Of a DNA stretch of 64,000 nt, positions 21,511 to 31,837 are shown in pieces. The DNA is taken from NCBI GenBank assembly GCA_000092065.1, contig CP000593.1; one strand, 5' to 3'. A program made the translations under genes and the position numbers. This DNA comes from Ostreococcus lucimarinus (taxonomy: Eukaryota). The notes below the pieces were generated by a model, which was given only the letters and a program-made list of their open reading frames with translations, did no database searches and had not been told where the DNA came from. How positions within the stretch are numbered: position 1 is the stretch's first letter; each line of letters begins with the position of its first letter.

Positions 21511-23319
21511 CTAAGGACGAGACGTCTTCAAAACCTCGACGCACCAGTTGCCGTGATCGTAATACGCCGCCGTGACCTCGCACCAAGGAAGGTTTTCAAA
21601 CAGCTTTGGAAGCTCACCCTCGGTGTACACGTGACAATATCGCTGATACACAACCGATCGTTTCTCGCGATCGGCCTCACCGTGCGTGGGCGCGCCGCTC
21701 ACGCGCGATTGGCGCTCTCGCTCGTCCTCGGGCGCGACGCCCTTGACTTTGATCTTGTTATGAAACGGCACCAAGACGTCTTGGCCTTCAAATTGGTGAC
21801 CAGAAACCCCCCCTTGCTCTTGCTCGAGCGCCCAGGCGTAGAATAATGCGACACCACCAACCTTGACGATGCGCATCGTTTCCTTTACGAGCTCCACGCG
21901 ACGTTCGGGAGACGATATGTGATGCAACACGGCGATGTTGAGCGCGTAGTCGAACACGTCGGATCGATACGGCAAAATAACGGCGTCGGCCACCATTACC
22001 TCGTATCCGCTATCGCGACAGATTTCAATCAAGCCTCTGCTAAAGTCGCTTCCGAGCGCGAAACCACCGCCCTTGACGATTTCGGGAATGTTCTTACCGT
22101 TGCCGCATCCGACGTCCGCGGCGAGCAAACCGGGCGGCTGTTTCCTAACGAAAGCCTCCACCCCGGTCCACGCGCGATACCTCGTGCCGTGCCATTGCTG
22201 CGCGACGATATCGTACACCTTCTGCACGTGCTCGCGCTCGACTTCGGGCATCGCTGTCACCTTTTCCGCGGCGTCTATGAAATTTTCTGGCACCACGGCG
22301 CACGCTCGCTTGGGCGGCTTCTTCACCAACTCTGTCGCCGTCGTCCCTGCGTTCGACACGCTCGTTTTTACGGACGGCGACGGATTCTTCCTCGTCGCCT
22401 CTTCCATTTCGAGCGCATCCGACCGCTTACCTTCCTTGCGCAACTGTTTCGCCTTCTTACGCTCCTCTCGCGCCGCCTTGATCGCCGCCCTCTCGGCGGC
22501 GATGCTCTCGCGTCGTCTCTGCTCCTCGGAAACTTCCTTGGGTTCCTTCAACGAATCGTCTCGACCGACCGCGCGCTTTTCCCTATACATCGCTCGAAAC
22601 TGCTCCGTCATCGCCATCTGCGCCGCGATCGCGTCGCCTTCGGTATTCGCCGCCATTCGTCGTCTAAACGTGAGCGAAATCCTATCCTCGCTCACGGGCG
22701 GAATCGCGTGCTCGTACTCGTCCGCCGCCCTTCCCTCCATGCGCACCGCCGATTTCGCCGGAAGCACCACCCTGAACTCCTCCCCCTCATAAACGACCCC
22801 CGGATCCGGTTTTTCGTCCCCACTCGGCCACAGCATCCCTCGCCCCATCGTCATCGTCTGCGCGCTCGCCAACGAAACCGTCACAAACGGCCGCGCGAAC
22901 GTCGGATTATCGATGTGCGGCGGTATCCACTGTCCCTTCCCGTACACGTTCACCGTGCACGAATCCATCTTTTCATCCTTCCCGATCACCCCTCTCGCCA
23001 CCAGCGCGTCCAGCACGTCTTCAAACATCGCCGGCATCGCCGCTACGCGCGTCTCCGCGTCCACTCGGTTACTGTGCGTGTACGTCCCGTACTGCAGCAT
23101 CTCCCTCGACTGATCCCTTCGCGCCCACTTCGGCGGCACCGGCGCGTGCGTCTTACCCTCAAGCTCCCCTCGCCGTCCTCGCTCGAGCTCTTCCGCGACC
23201 CACGCGCACACCGCGTCGTGCAAACCGTCGTCGACGGCGTCTCGAAAGACCTCGGCGCCGATCGTTTCGACGTCCGCGCGCGTCGCGCGCGCCGCGGCCG
23301 ACGCGCCGGACGCCGTCAT
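21511..23319 (-). CDS. ALKBH8-like bifunctional protein: AlkB-type 2OG-Fe(II) oxygenase + Trm9-like SAM methyltransferase
   Basis: N-terminal half has WIPPHIDNP (HxD) and the oxygenase core. C-terminal half has VGCGNGKN SAM motif I, ALNIAVLHHISS and a Trm9-like tail. Confidence 0.8.
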   Translation of the reverse strand: MTASGASAAARATRADVETIGAEVFRDAVDDGLHDAVCAWVAEELERGRRGELEGKTHAPVPPKWARRDQSREMLQYGTYTHSNRVDAETRVAAMPAMFEDVLDALVARGVIGKDEKMDSCTVNVYGKGQWIPPHIDNPTFARPFVTVSLASAQTMTMGRGMLWPSGDEKPDPGVVYEGEEFRVVLPAKSAVRMEGRAADEYEHAIPPVSEDRISLTFRRRMAANTEGDAIAAQMAMTEQFRAMYREKRAVGRDDSLKEPKEVSEEQRRRESIAAERAAIKAAREERKKAKQLRKEGKRSDALEMEEATRKNPSPSVKTSVSNAGTTATELVKKPPKRACAVVPENFIDAAEKVTAMPEVEREHVQKVYDIVAQQWHGTRYRAWTGVEAFVRKQPPGLLAADVGCGNGKNIPEIVKGGGFALGSDFSRGLIEICRDSGYEVMVADAVILPYRSDVFDYALNIAVLHHISSPERRVELVKETMRIVKVGGVALFYAWALEQEQGGVSGHQFEGQDVLVPFHNKIKVKGVAPEDERERQSRVSGAPTHGEADREKRSVVYQRYCHVYTEGELPKLFENLPWCEVTAAYYDHGNWCVEVLKTSRP

Positions 23320-23696
23320 CGCGTCGACCGCGCGCGTCGTCGTCCGGTTCCTTCGCTCGCGCGCGCGCCGAGGCGTCGAGCGTCGCGCGACGCCGCGCGA
23401 AGCGACGCGGTGTGCGCGCCGCGCGCCGTCCGTCGCGCGACCTAAACCGTTTTTTTTTGCCGATTCGGCGCCGGCACGCGCGCGTCGCGACGCGACGCGC
23501 GCGACGACGGGCGACGCGACGCGCCGAAAACGATGGATCGCTTCGTTTTCGACGCCCCCGCGCGCGCGACGCGACGCGCGCGCGACGCGACGCGCGTCGA
23601 AGGCCGACGGCGGCGCGCGCGACGGACCGTTTTTATTTTACTCGAGCGCGAAACGCACGTCGACGGAAAACGCGTCACACGGCGACGCGCGCGACG

Positions 23697-24329
23697 ATGG
23701 GCGCCGGCGACGCCGACGATGGGTACGACAGCGACGGATGCGTCGCGCGCGCCGACGGCGACGCCGACTCGGCGCGCGCGCGTCGCGCGTGGTCGTCCGC
23801 GTGTCGCGGTTCTTCGAGGTGCTGGACGGAGATTGCGTTGTGGAATCAAACGACGTCGACGGTGGAGATCACCGTCGAACTGCCCGCGAACACGCGCGGG
23901 CGGGACGTGCGCGTGACGGTCGACGACGGCGCGCTGACGGTGTGGACGTCGTGGCACGGCGTCGTCGAGGGATTATCCGGCGCGCTCGCGCGGCGAGTCA
24001 AGGCGGACGAGACGGCGTGGAGCGTCGCGTCGGACGCGCTCGAAATCGTCCTCGCGAAGGACGCCGACCGCGACGGCGATCCGTGGGGATGCGTGTTCGC
24101 GGACGCTCGCCTCGGGTGCGCCAAGTCGCCGCGGGAGGTTTTGAAGGACATGGTGTTCGCAGACGAACCCTTCGATTCCGCGGACGATTTCTCGCTCGAG
24201 AGTCGAGCGCTCCTGGGCGAGATGCGTCAACGCCACGCCGCGCTCGTCCGCGGCGCGCTCGTCGATCCGGGAGACGATTTAGATTTTAAGCTCGGGTTGG
24301 CGTTGAACGCCAACGCGCGCTTCGCGTGA
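23697..24329 (+). CDS. CS-domain (p23/NudC/HSP20-like) protein
   Basis: WNQTTSTVEITVELPANTRGRDVRVTVDDGALTV... matches the CS-domain beta-sandwich pattern; the upstream part of ORF 23412 is Arg-rich, first convincing ATG is 23697. Confidence 0.6.
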   Translation: MGAGDADDGYDSDGCVARADGDADSARARRAWSSACRGSSRCWTEIALWNQTTSTVEITVELPANTRGRDVRVTVDDGALTVWTSWHGVVEGLSGALARRVKADETAWSVASDALEIVLAKDADRDGDPWGCVFADARLGCAKSPREVLKDMVFADEPFDSADDFSLESRALLGEMRQRHAALVRGALVDPGDDLDFKLGLALNANARFA

Positions 24330-24429
24330 GAACTCGCGTGAGAATTCCGCGCGCTTCGCGCGTCGCCTTCGCGTTCGCCGCGCCGCCGGCGCCGCACTCG
24401 TCGTCGCGCGTGTCGCGCGCCGTCCCGTC

Positions 24430-25380
24430 ATGTCGCTCCCCGAGGACGGGCTCGATCTGTTACCCGCGGCGTCCTTCGACGTCTCGGGCGTCGCGCACGT
24501 CGTGCCGACGCGCCACGGCCCCGTCACCGTCACCGCGCAGGGCGCCGATCGCTCGAGACCCGCGCTCGTCACCTACCACGACGTCGGTTTAAACCACCGC
24601 ACGTGCTTCCAGCCGCTGTTCGTGTGCGCGGGACCGCGGAGCGACCTCGTCAGCAGGTTCTGCGCGTATCACATCGACGCCCCGGGGTGCCAGGACGGCG
24701 CGCGGGGGCGAGATCGAGGCGGGGACGGGGACGCGGCGACGACGGCGACGACGCTGGACGCGCACGCGGAGATCGTCGAGGACGTCGTGAAACACTTTGG
24801 ATTGCGCGATGTGACGTGCTTGGGGGTCGGCGCGGGAGCGACGGTGATGGCGCTGTACGCGGGACGACACTCGAGCGCGTGTCGGGCGGGAATATTCGTG
24901 TCGCCGAGTTGCGGACGAGCGAGGACGATGGAGCACGCGTTGGGGGCGGTTTGCAAGTTTAATTTGAAGCGTCACGGATGGACGCCGTGGACGTTGAAAC
25001 ACTTGCTGAAGCGAATGTTTAGTTATCGCGGACTTGGTGGGTCGAATGGGATGTACGAGAGCGATCTGGCGCAGACGGCGCGAAGGGAGATGCGAGAGAT
25101 GAACCCGGAGGCGACGTTGGCGTATTACGACGCGGCGTTGCATCGATTGGATAACGAGCACGTGTACGCGTCGTTAGACATAGACGCGATGATTTTGGCG
25201 GGAACGAGCAGCCCTTGGTACAAGGACACGATCGTGATGAATTCGTTGATGAAGGCGAGCAAGACGAGCTGGATCGAGATCGAGGGCTGCGGCACCGTGG
25301 CGACGATGGAGGATCCGCAGCAGCTCCTGTCGCCGATTAATTTGTTCATCCAGCGTTTGAAGAGCCAAGGGTTGGCGTGA
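24430..25380 (+). CDS. NDRG-family alpha/beta-hydrolase-fold protein
   Basis: LVTYHDVGLNHRTCFQPLF and overall Ndr-family colinearity. Confidence 0.85.
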   Translation: MSLPEDGLDLLPAASFDVSGVAHVVPTRHGPVTVTAQGADRSRPALVTYHDVGLNHRTCFQPLFVCAGPRSDLVSRFCAYHIDAPGCQDGARGRDRGGDGDAATTATTLDAHAEIVEDVVKHFGLRDVTCLGVGAGATVMALYAGRHSSACRAGIFVSPSCGRARTMEHALGAVCKFNLKRHGWTPWTLKHLLKRMFSYRGLGGSNGMYESDLAQTARREMREMNPEATLAYYDAALHRLDNEHVYASLDIDAMILAGTSSPWYKDTIVMNSLMKASKTSWIEIEGCGTVATMEDPQQLLSPINLFIQRLKSQGLA

Positions 25381-25444
25381 GATTTCGACACGTCGGCGCT
25401 GCGATAGCCTAGTACTTCTACATCGACTACATCGACTACTGTAG

Positions 25445-27664
25445 CTAATTTCTAATAATTCTACGCACGATGTCATGCTCGGAGACGATGACGTCGCGCG
25501 CCGCGGCGTCTTCGACGAGCGAACGCAACGCGTCGACGCCGCATCGAGACAACGTATCGCGCGACCCGAGGACAATTGAGGAATATTTTGCGCGCGTCAG
25601 CGCGACGTTGAGACGACGTTTATCGGATAAAAATCCCACGTTCGCCTTTGCGTTGCTTCGCACGGCGGAACACACGACGACGTCCGCCTCGCTTCCTTGA
25701 AACGAATCGACGCTGTGCACCGCCACATCGCGAACGCCTGCTCGTTGCAAAGCTCGAGCGATGGCACGAACTTGCGCGCTGTAAAACGTAATGCACACGA
25801 CGAAAAGCGTCGGAGACTTGGTTTTCAACGCTCGAATCAGCGCACACGCGACGTCGGCCTCGCGCTGGTTCCACTTCGATTTTCCCACTCCGCCACTCTC
25901 GACGCTCGCCACGTCCACGAAGGCGTACGACGGCACGCTGGATGAAAGACCTTGCGGGAGATTTCGCGTCAACACGTGATCGGCGTTCGCGAGGCGTCCA
26001 CCGTAAAATTGCGCTGCAGGCCAACTCGCGATCGACGGATGCATTCGGTATTGCGTGTCGAGCAAACTCGCGCGCTCGGCGTTCGCGGACATCAATCGTT
26101 CCATGAGCGAAGTCGCGTGGCCGTGACGTCGAGCGATTTCCGAGATCAACGTGGCTGGCAACTGCGCAGGATCGCCCACGAGCAGTGCTTTTCTTGGATA
26201 CCGCAAAAATGGAATCGCAATCTCCGGCTCGAGCGCCTGCGCGGCTTCGTCCACGACGAGGGCGTCGGGCTGCTCGAGCGAAGACATGATCGACTGGCCT
26301 GCGCTCGCGAGCGTGCAGAACACCAAGCTCGCGCGATTCAAAGCTTCGCGCGCGAATTCATCCGAACGCTCACCGCGCCCCGAGCCCTTTTCGATTTCTC
26401 GCGCGATCTCCTCACCTCGAGCGCGCATGGACGCTTCGTCGTCCATCGCGGCGACGGCGGAGAGACCTTCGGCGACGACGCCCTTGCAAAACGAAGGCGC
26501 TATGGATTCCAGAGCTCGCCGCGCGGCTTTCGCGCTCTCGCGAATGCCGTCGCCTCCCGAAACGAAAGATCGTCGAAAAGACGACGCGATGACGTTGCAA
26601 CGTTCGAAAATGAAATAATCCATCGCCCCGCCGTCGACCGACGACGCCTCTCGCAACGTATCCTCGGCGCCCGTGAGCACGCACGGCGCGGCGTCTTCGC
26701 CGCACGTTCGCAGGTAAAGTTCCATCACGACGCACACAGCCTTGTTGCTCGGCGCGCACACGAGTACGCGCTGTTTCTTCGCCGCGAGCACCGCGAGGAG
26801 CGATACGATGAAGTGCGTCTTCCCACATCCCGGCGGTCCTTGAACCATTTGTAACTGATCGAAATGCCCGTCGCGCGCGAAGAATCGACGCAACGCCCGT
26901 CGCTGCGACGCATTCAGCGGTAAAACGTACTCGCCCTCGCGCTCGTCGCACGAGGATTCATCATCACCCTCGACACCACTTTTCCCGTCGACTCGCTCGT
27001 CGTCGTCTTCGTCGGAATCGCTAAATTTTATGTGCGTCGCGCGTTTGGCGCCGACGATTTGGTGCGCAAACGCCACGCGCGGTCGCACGAAGCACGCGTG
27101 CGCCATGCGCTGATACGAGACGAGCGACGCCAGCGCGACGGCTTTAAACTCGACGCCCTCGACGTCGTCGAAAATGCGCGAACGTTTCGCCAACAGCGGC
27201 ACGACGTCCGCGCCCCGCGCGTCGCCGCGTCCCCGCACGAGCGCGAGCGCCGAGCGCGTCTCGTCGTCGGCGCGACGCAACAGCACCACCGTCGCCGGTC
27301 GACGCCAATCCGCGTCGTCGCCTCCGCGCCTCGCCGTCTTCTCGCCACCGACGCGTCGCGCGCTCAGCTCCACGAATCCATCGCTCGCGCGCGTCTCCAC
27401 CACCTCCGCGTCGAACGCTTCGCCTCGTCCTCGCGACGTCGCCGCCGCCGTCGTCGCCCGCGCCTCCTCGTACGCCAACGCCTCGCACGTCGCGTACCAC
27501 GCGTCCGCGCTCGCGTACGTCGCGCGCGCCGCCACCATCCGCCCGCCCTCGCCCTCCCGCGCGTTCGCCGTCAGGTCTTTCGCCGTCCACGCCGCGACGG
27601 TTCGCTCGAACGCCGTCGCCGCCGTCGTCGCCCGTCGTCCCGTCGCGCGTCGTCGCCGTCGCCG

Positions 27665-27695
<31 letters not shown>

Positions 27696-27823
27696 AACGC
27701 GTCGCGCGACCTCGCGAGCGCGGACGATTCTTCTTCTTCTTCTTCGTCGTCGTCGCCGTCGTCGATCGCGCGCGCGTCGTCTCGGTCGTCGACCGCGCCG
27801 TCCCAGCCGAAATCGCTCTCCAT
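25445..27823 (-). CDS. Superfamily-1 UPF1/SEN1/DNA2-like helicase (AAA_11/AAA_12)
   Basis: QGPPGCGKTH, VVDEAAQ, LVGDPAQLPAT, LDTQYRMHPSI, VDSFQGSEADVVV and NVALTRAK motifs; acidic N-terminal tract. Confidence 0.85.
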
Positions 27824-27981
27824 CGCGCGCGTCGCGTCGCTCGCGCCTACGCCGTCGCCGACGCGCGTCGCGCGCGACGCGCGTCGCGCTCGAGCATCCC
27901 GCGCGCGCGCGCGCGCTCGCGGGGCCGCGCGACGACGCGCGGCGTCAGATTGTGACGCGGCATCGCGTCGGCGCTTCGCGA

Positions 27982-29910
27982 ATGTCGCGCGCGACCGACG
28001 CGGCGACCGGCGCCGCGTTCGTCGCGATCGACGACGACGACGGGACTCCGACGGTGGTGTTCGCGACGCTCGCGGGCGACGACGGCGCGCTCGCCGCGGA
28101 GCTGCGCGCGATGTGCGCGAACGTCGTCGACGGGAGATTCGCGTTTCCCGAGCGTCGCGCCGCGGCGCGCGCGCGGACGACGGACGGCGCGACGACGACG
28201 ACGCGATTCACGTTTTGCCTGACGCGCGCGGACGGCGCGCGGACGATCGGGGCGGTGCGACGCGTCGGCGCGAGGCGGGCGGCGGCGGCGCTGACGCGGA
28301 CGGCGCGGTTCGAGTACCACGACGACGTCCTGCGACACGCGATGACGCGCGCGATGGAGGCGCTGGACGCGACGGCGCGCGGGACGACGCGGGAACTCGC
28401 GCGGGGGGACGCGCTGTGGGAGTACCTGGATCGAACGATCGGGACGCGGGCGCCGACGGCGGGGACGACGGCGGACGTCGGGCTGCCGTGGACCGAGTTC
28501 GCGGGCGTCGCGACGCAGAGCGTGCGGCTGCGAGCGCCGGATCTGAGGAAGGAGTTTAACGGGGGGATAAAATTTACGGCGCTGTTGGACTGCGGGCACG
28601 TGGAGGCGGTGCTGGCGCTGTTCGCGGCGTTGGTGACGGAGCGACGGGTGGTGCTGACGAGCGGGCGGTTGGAGGCGGTGAGCGCGGCGGTGCACGCGGC
28701 GAACGCGGCGCTGTATCCGCTGAGTTGGCAGCACATATTTTTACCCGTCGTTCCGGAGGCGTTTTTGGATTATTTGACGGCGCCGATGCCGTTTTTGGTC
28801 GGTTTGCATTCGAGTCTGTCGGAGGACGCGAAGCGACTTCCGTGCGACGACGTCTTTACGTTGAATCTCGACGACGGATCGTTCACGTACTTTGAGGAAG
28901 ATTTCGAGGCGATTCCGTCCGGTCCGTTCACGCTCCTTCGCGTCGGGTTGCTCAGGGAGATCGAGCGCACGCGAGGTGAAGACTCGCAAGCGGTGGCGCG
29001 CGTGTTTCGAACGTTTTTCTCGAGCGTGCTCGGGCCGTACAAGCAGCACATCAAGGGCGTCGTCGCGCATCCGCCGCCTCGAGACGCCATCATCGCCGAT
29101 AGTTTATGGCTCGACCAACGAGGACTCGAGCTCGGAAACTTGAAGCACGCCGGCATTCTCGCCGCGATGCGAGGGACGCAAATGTACGAAGTCTTCGTGC
29201 GACAGCGATTGCGCATGTGCGCCCAGGTGGCGAGGAAAACCGGCTTCGTGCCCATGGGGGACGAAATCGTCGATTTCGATCTCGAAGAGGGCGAGTTGAC
29301 GCTTTCTGATTTAATGATGCGAGGTCAAGCGTTGTCCGAGCAGTTCGCCTCCGCTTCGTCGCACGCGTTCTCCGTGGGAAGCTCCGCGCTTCGCGAGACG
29401 ATGCGAAAGGCGAAGAAGGCGTACTCGACGTCAAAGACGATTCAGGGCATGCGCGAGGCGTTCGCATCGAAACGTTCGCAGCTCGCACACTCAATAGGAA
29501 AACTCAGAGAAAAGAGTTCGGAGGATTTGCAGGCGAAATGGGCGGAGTGGACGGACGAGGGAACGGCGAAGAATTTGAGTTTCGCCGAGGCGTCGACCGC
29601 AGAGGCGCCGGTTCCCGCGCCGCCGCAGACGCAATCACCGGTGGTCGAGCGCGAAGCCGTCGAAGTGAACGAACCAGTGGCGATGAGCGAGCCCATCGTC
29701 GACTCGCTCGCATCGGCACCGACGCCGGCTCCGACGCTCGCGTCGGCACCGCCGCCACGCGTCGAATCAGTCTCGGGCGCGGCAAACATGATGGCGAACT
29801 TGATGTCTTTCGACGACGCCGGAGACACGCTCGCCCCCGTGACGCCGTCTAAGCGCACGGGCGCGACGATGGCAGACGTTGACGAGCTCCCAAACTTAAT
29901 CGACATGTAG
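27982..29910 (+). CDS. DENN-domain protein (Rab GEF-like)
   Basis: uDENN/cDENN pattern ...FTFCLTRADG..., RRVVLTSGRLEAVSAAVHAANAALYPLSWQHIFLPVVPEAFLDYLTAPMPFLVG; ORF start 27952 is GTG, first ATG is 27982. Confidence 0.8.
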   Translation: MSRATDAATGAAFVAIDDDDGTPTVVFATLAGDDGALAAELRAMCANVVDGRFAFPERRAAARARTTDGATTTTRFTFCLTRADGARTIGAVRRVGARRAAAALTRTARFEYHDDVLRHAMTRAMEALDATARGTTRELARGDALWEYLDRTIGTRAPTAGTTADVGLPWTEFAGVATQSVRLRAPDLRKEFNGGIKFTALLDCGHVEAVLALFAALVTERRVVLTSGRLEAVSAAVHAANAALYPLSWQHIFLPVVPEAFLDYLTAPMPFLVGLHSSLSEDAKRLPCDDVFTLNLDDGSFTYFEEDFEAIPSGPFTLLRVGLLREIERTRGEDSQAVARVFRTFFSSVLGPYKQHIKGVVAHPPPRDAIIADSLWLDQRGLELGNLKHAGILAAMRGTQMYEVFVRQRLRMCAQVARKTGFVPMGDEIVDFDLEEGELTLSDLMMRGQALSEQFASASSHAFSVGSSALRETMRKAKKAYSTSKTIQGMREAFASKRSQLAHSIGKLREKSSEDLQAKWAEWTDEGTAKNLSFAEASTAEAPVPAPPQTQSPVVEREAVEVNEPVAMSEPIVDSLASAPTPAPTLASAPPPRVESVSGAANMMANLMSFDDAGDTLAPVTPSKRTGATMADVDELPNLIDM

Positions 29911-30013
29911 AAACGTAGGAATAGCGCGCGCACTGTAAATAGCTTCAGCTTAGACGCTCGACGAAACGCGACGACTACTGTACGATTATCAAATCTCTAA
30001 ACTCTTGATCGAA

Positions 30014-30631
30014 TCAAGGCATCCCCGGCGTCCGCGGCGCCGCCCTCGCGCGTTGTCCGTCTCCACCTACATTCAAATATTCGACCGGAAACGTCGCATT
30101 CGACGTCGACGTTTCGCCTCGCCAAATCCGTCCCGCGCGCGGCGTCACCGCCCACCGTAATTTCACCTCCATCCCTCGTCCGGACAACCGCTCGTCCACG
30201 CTCCGTAGCTTATACTTCGCCCGTATCACGCCCTGTTTCCTCAATTTCTTCGCCTTACTCTCCGCGCTTTCCCATCTATCAAACTTTACCGCGTCGTCCC
30301 AAATCGTCGCCTCGTTGACGCCGCGCGTCTCCGTCTCCCACGACACCGTCACGTGCGCGAACACCATCTTCGTGTTCCAGCTCGCGCACGACGACAGATC
30401 GTAGTCTACTTCCAGCCTCACCACTGCCTCGTCTCGGCTGTCGGCGACGCGCGCGAAGCGTTCGTAGTCGACGACTCGAACGATCGGGCTTCGGGACATG
30501 AACGGCATCGAAGACGTCGGCGCGCAGGCGTGAAAGACATCGGTGACGGACGCGCACGCGACGAGGACGGCGAAAATGGCGACGGCGAGCGTGAGCGTGG
30601 CGTTGAGGCGGTGCCACGGGGAGTGGGACAT
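30014..30631 (-). CDS. SPCS3: Signal peptidase complex subunit 3 (SPC22/23)
   Basis: N-terminal signal anchor, WNTKMVFAHVTVSWETE...NEATIWD pattern; ATG at 30631 removes the overlap with the upstream gene. Confidence 0.7.
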   Translation of the reverse strand: MSHSPWHRLNATLTLAVAIFAVLVACASVTDVFHACAPTSSMPFMSRSPIVRVVDYERFARVADSRDEAVVRLEVDYDLSSCASWNTKMVFAHVTVSWETETRGVNEATIWDDAVKFDRWESAESKAKKLRKQGVIRAKYKLRSVDERLSGRGMEVKLRWAVTPRAGRIWRGETSTSNATFPVEYLNVGGDGQRARAAPRTPGMP

Positions 30632-30690
30632 GGCGGCGAGGCGCGCTCTGCGGCTGACCCGGGACGCGCGCGGACGGTTACAATACGAGG

Positions 30691-31548
30691 TCAAGCGGAC
30701 GCGTCGCCGCGCTCGCGCCTATTTTGGGCTTCTAAATCTTTCAACGCGGTCTCCACGCGACGCATGATCTGCGCGTGCAGATGGTCGCGCGCCTTGGCGT
30801 TCTTCTCGCAGCGCGCGCACTTGGCCGTCAAGTCGGTCAAATCGAGCGGTTCGCCGACGGTAACGTGCACGCGCTTACCCACGCCAATCTCCCATCGCCC
30901 GTACGGTTTTACGTCGGACATGCCGGAGTGCCAAAACGGTAGCACCATCGGCGGCGTTCCGCCCGCGATCTCGACGTCGCACAGCAATTTCGCCACGCCT
31001 CTTCGCATCGTTCCCAACTCTCCGTCGCGACTGACGCGACCCTCGGGAAACAAGTGCACCCAATCCCCTCTCAGTAACAGATTCGCCGCCGTTCGCATCG
31101 CCGGCTGCTCCACCCCACCGCCTCGCTTGATCGCCAGCGCCTTACCGCACAAGAAAAAGCTCTCTCGCAGCTTGGTTTTCGCGCAAATCTCATCCGTGCA
31201 CAGCGTCCACCGCACGCCCCCGCGCCGCGGCTCGCCGACGAAGACCGACCACGGGATCAGCGCGCTCAGCATTCCCGGGTCGTCGAACGTGCTCACGTGA
31301 TTGCACACCGTGAGTAATCCCTGCGCGTTCGCTCGATCGCGATTCGCGATGGCGCGCTCGAACGTCGCGAGATTCGTCGTCGTCGTGACGTTGGCGACGT
31401 CCAGGACGCACTTGCTGAACGCCGCCACCGCGGCGAGCACCGCCTGACGCCCGACGACGCCCCAGGGCGAGGCCGTGGGCAGGACGTCGTCGTAGACCGC
31501 GCGTCCGCTCGTCGAGGGCGCGGCGTCGCCGGACGACGGCGCGGACAT
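30691..31548 (-). CDS. TAZ: Tafazzin-like phospholipid acyltransferase
   Basis: NHVSTFDDPG (HX4D) motif, FPEGRVS block, tafazzin-like length. Confidence 0.8.
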   Translation of the reverse strand: MSAPSSGDAAPSTSGRAVYDDVLPTASPWGVVGRQAVLAAVAAFSKCVLDVANVTTTTNLATFERAIANRDRANAQGLLTVCNHVSTFDDPGMLSALIPWSVFVGEPRRGGVRWTLCTDEICAKTKLRESFFLCGKALAIKRGGGVEQPAMRTAANLLLRGDWVHLFPEGRVSRDGELGTMRRGVAKLLCDVEIAGGTPPMVLPFWHSGMSDVKPYGRWEIGVGKRVHVTVGEPLDLTDLTAKCARCEKNAKARDHLHAQIMRRVETALKDLEAQNRRERGDASA

Positions 31549-31837
31549 CGGAGGCGAGGCGAGGCGCGCGCGCGCGGCGGCTTCGGGACGCCGCGCGGCG
31601 GCTTCGGGACGCGCGGACGCGCGCGCGGACGGCGAGGCGAGGGCGACGCGCGCGGGATGGGCGGCGAACGGTGCGCCGACGCGCGCGCTGGTGGACGGTC
31701 GACGCGGCGCGGAAGGGCGGCGCGGTGTGCGGGCGACGGGACGAACGCGTCGAGTGGTACGAGTTACAACGGCGACGAATGAATGAAAAAAGTTTGCGGT
31801 ACAGACGGATTCGTATCGAAAGAAAGAATGCGGTGAA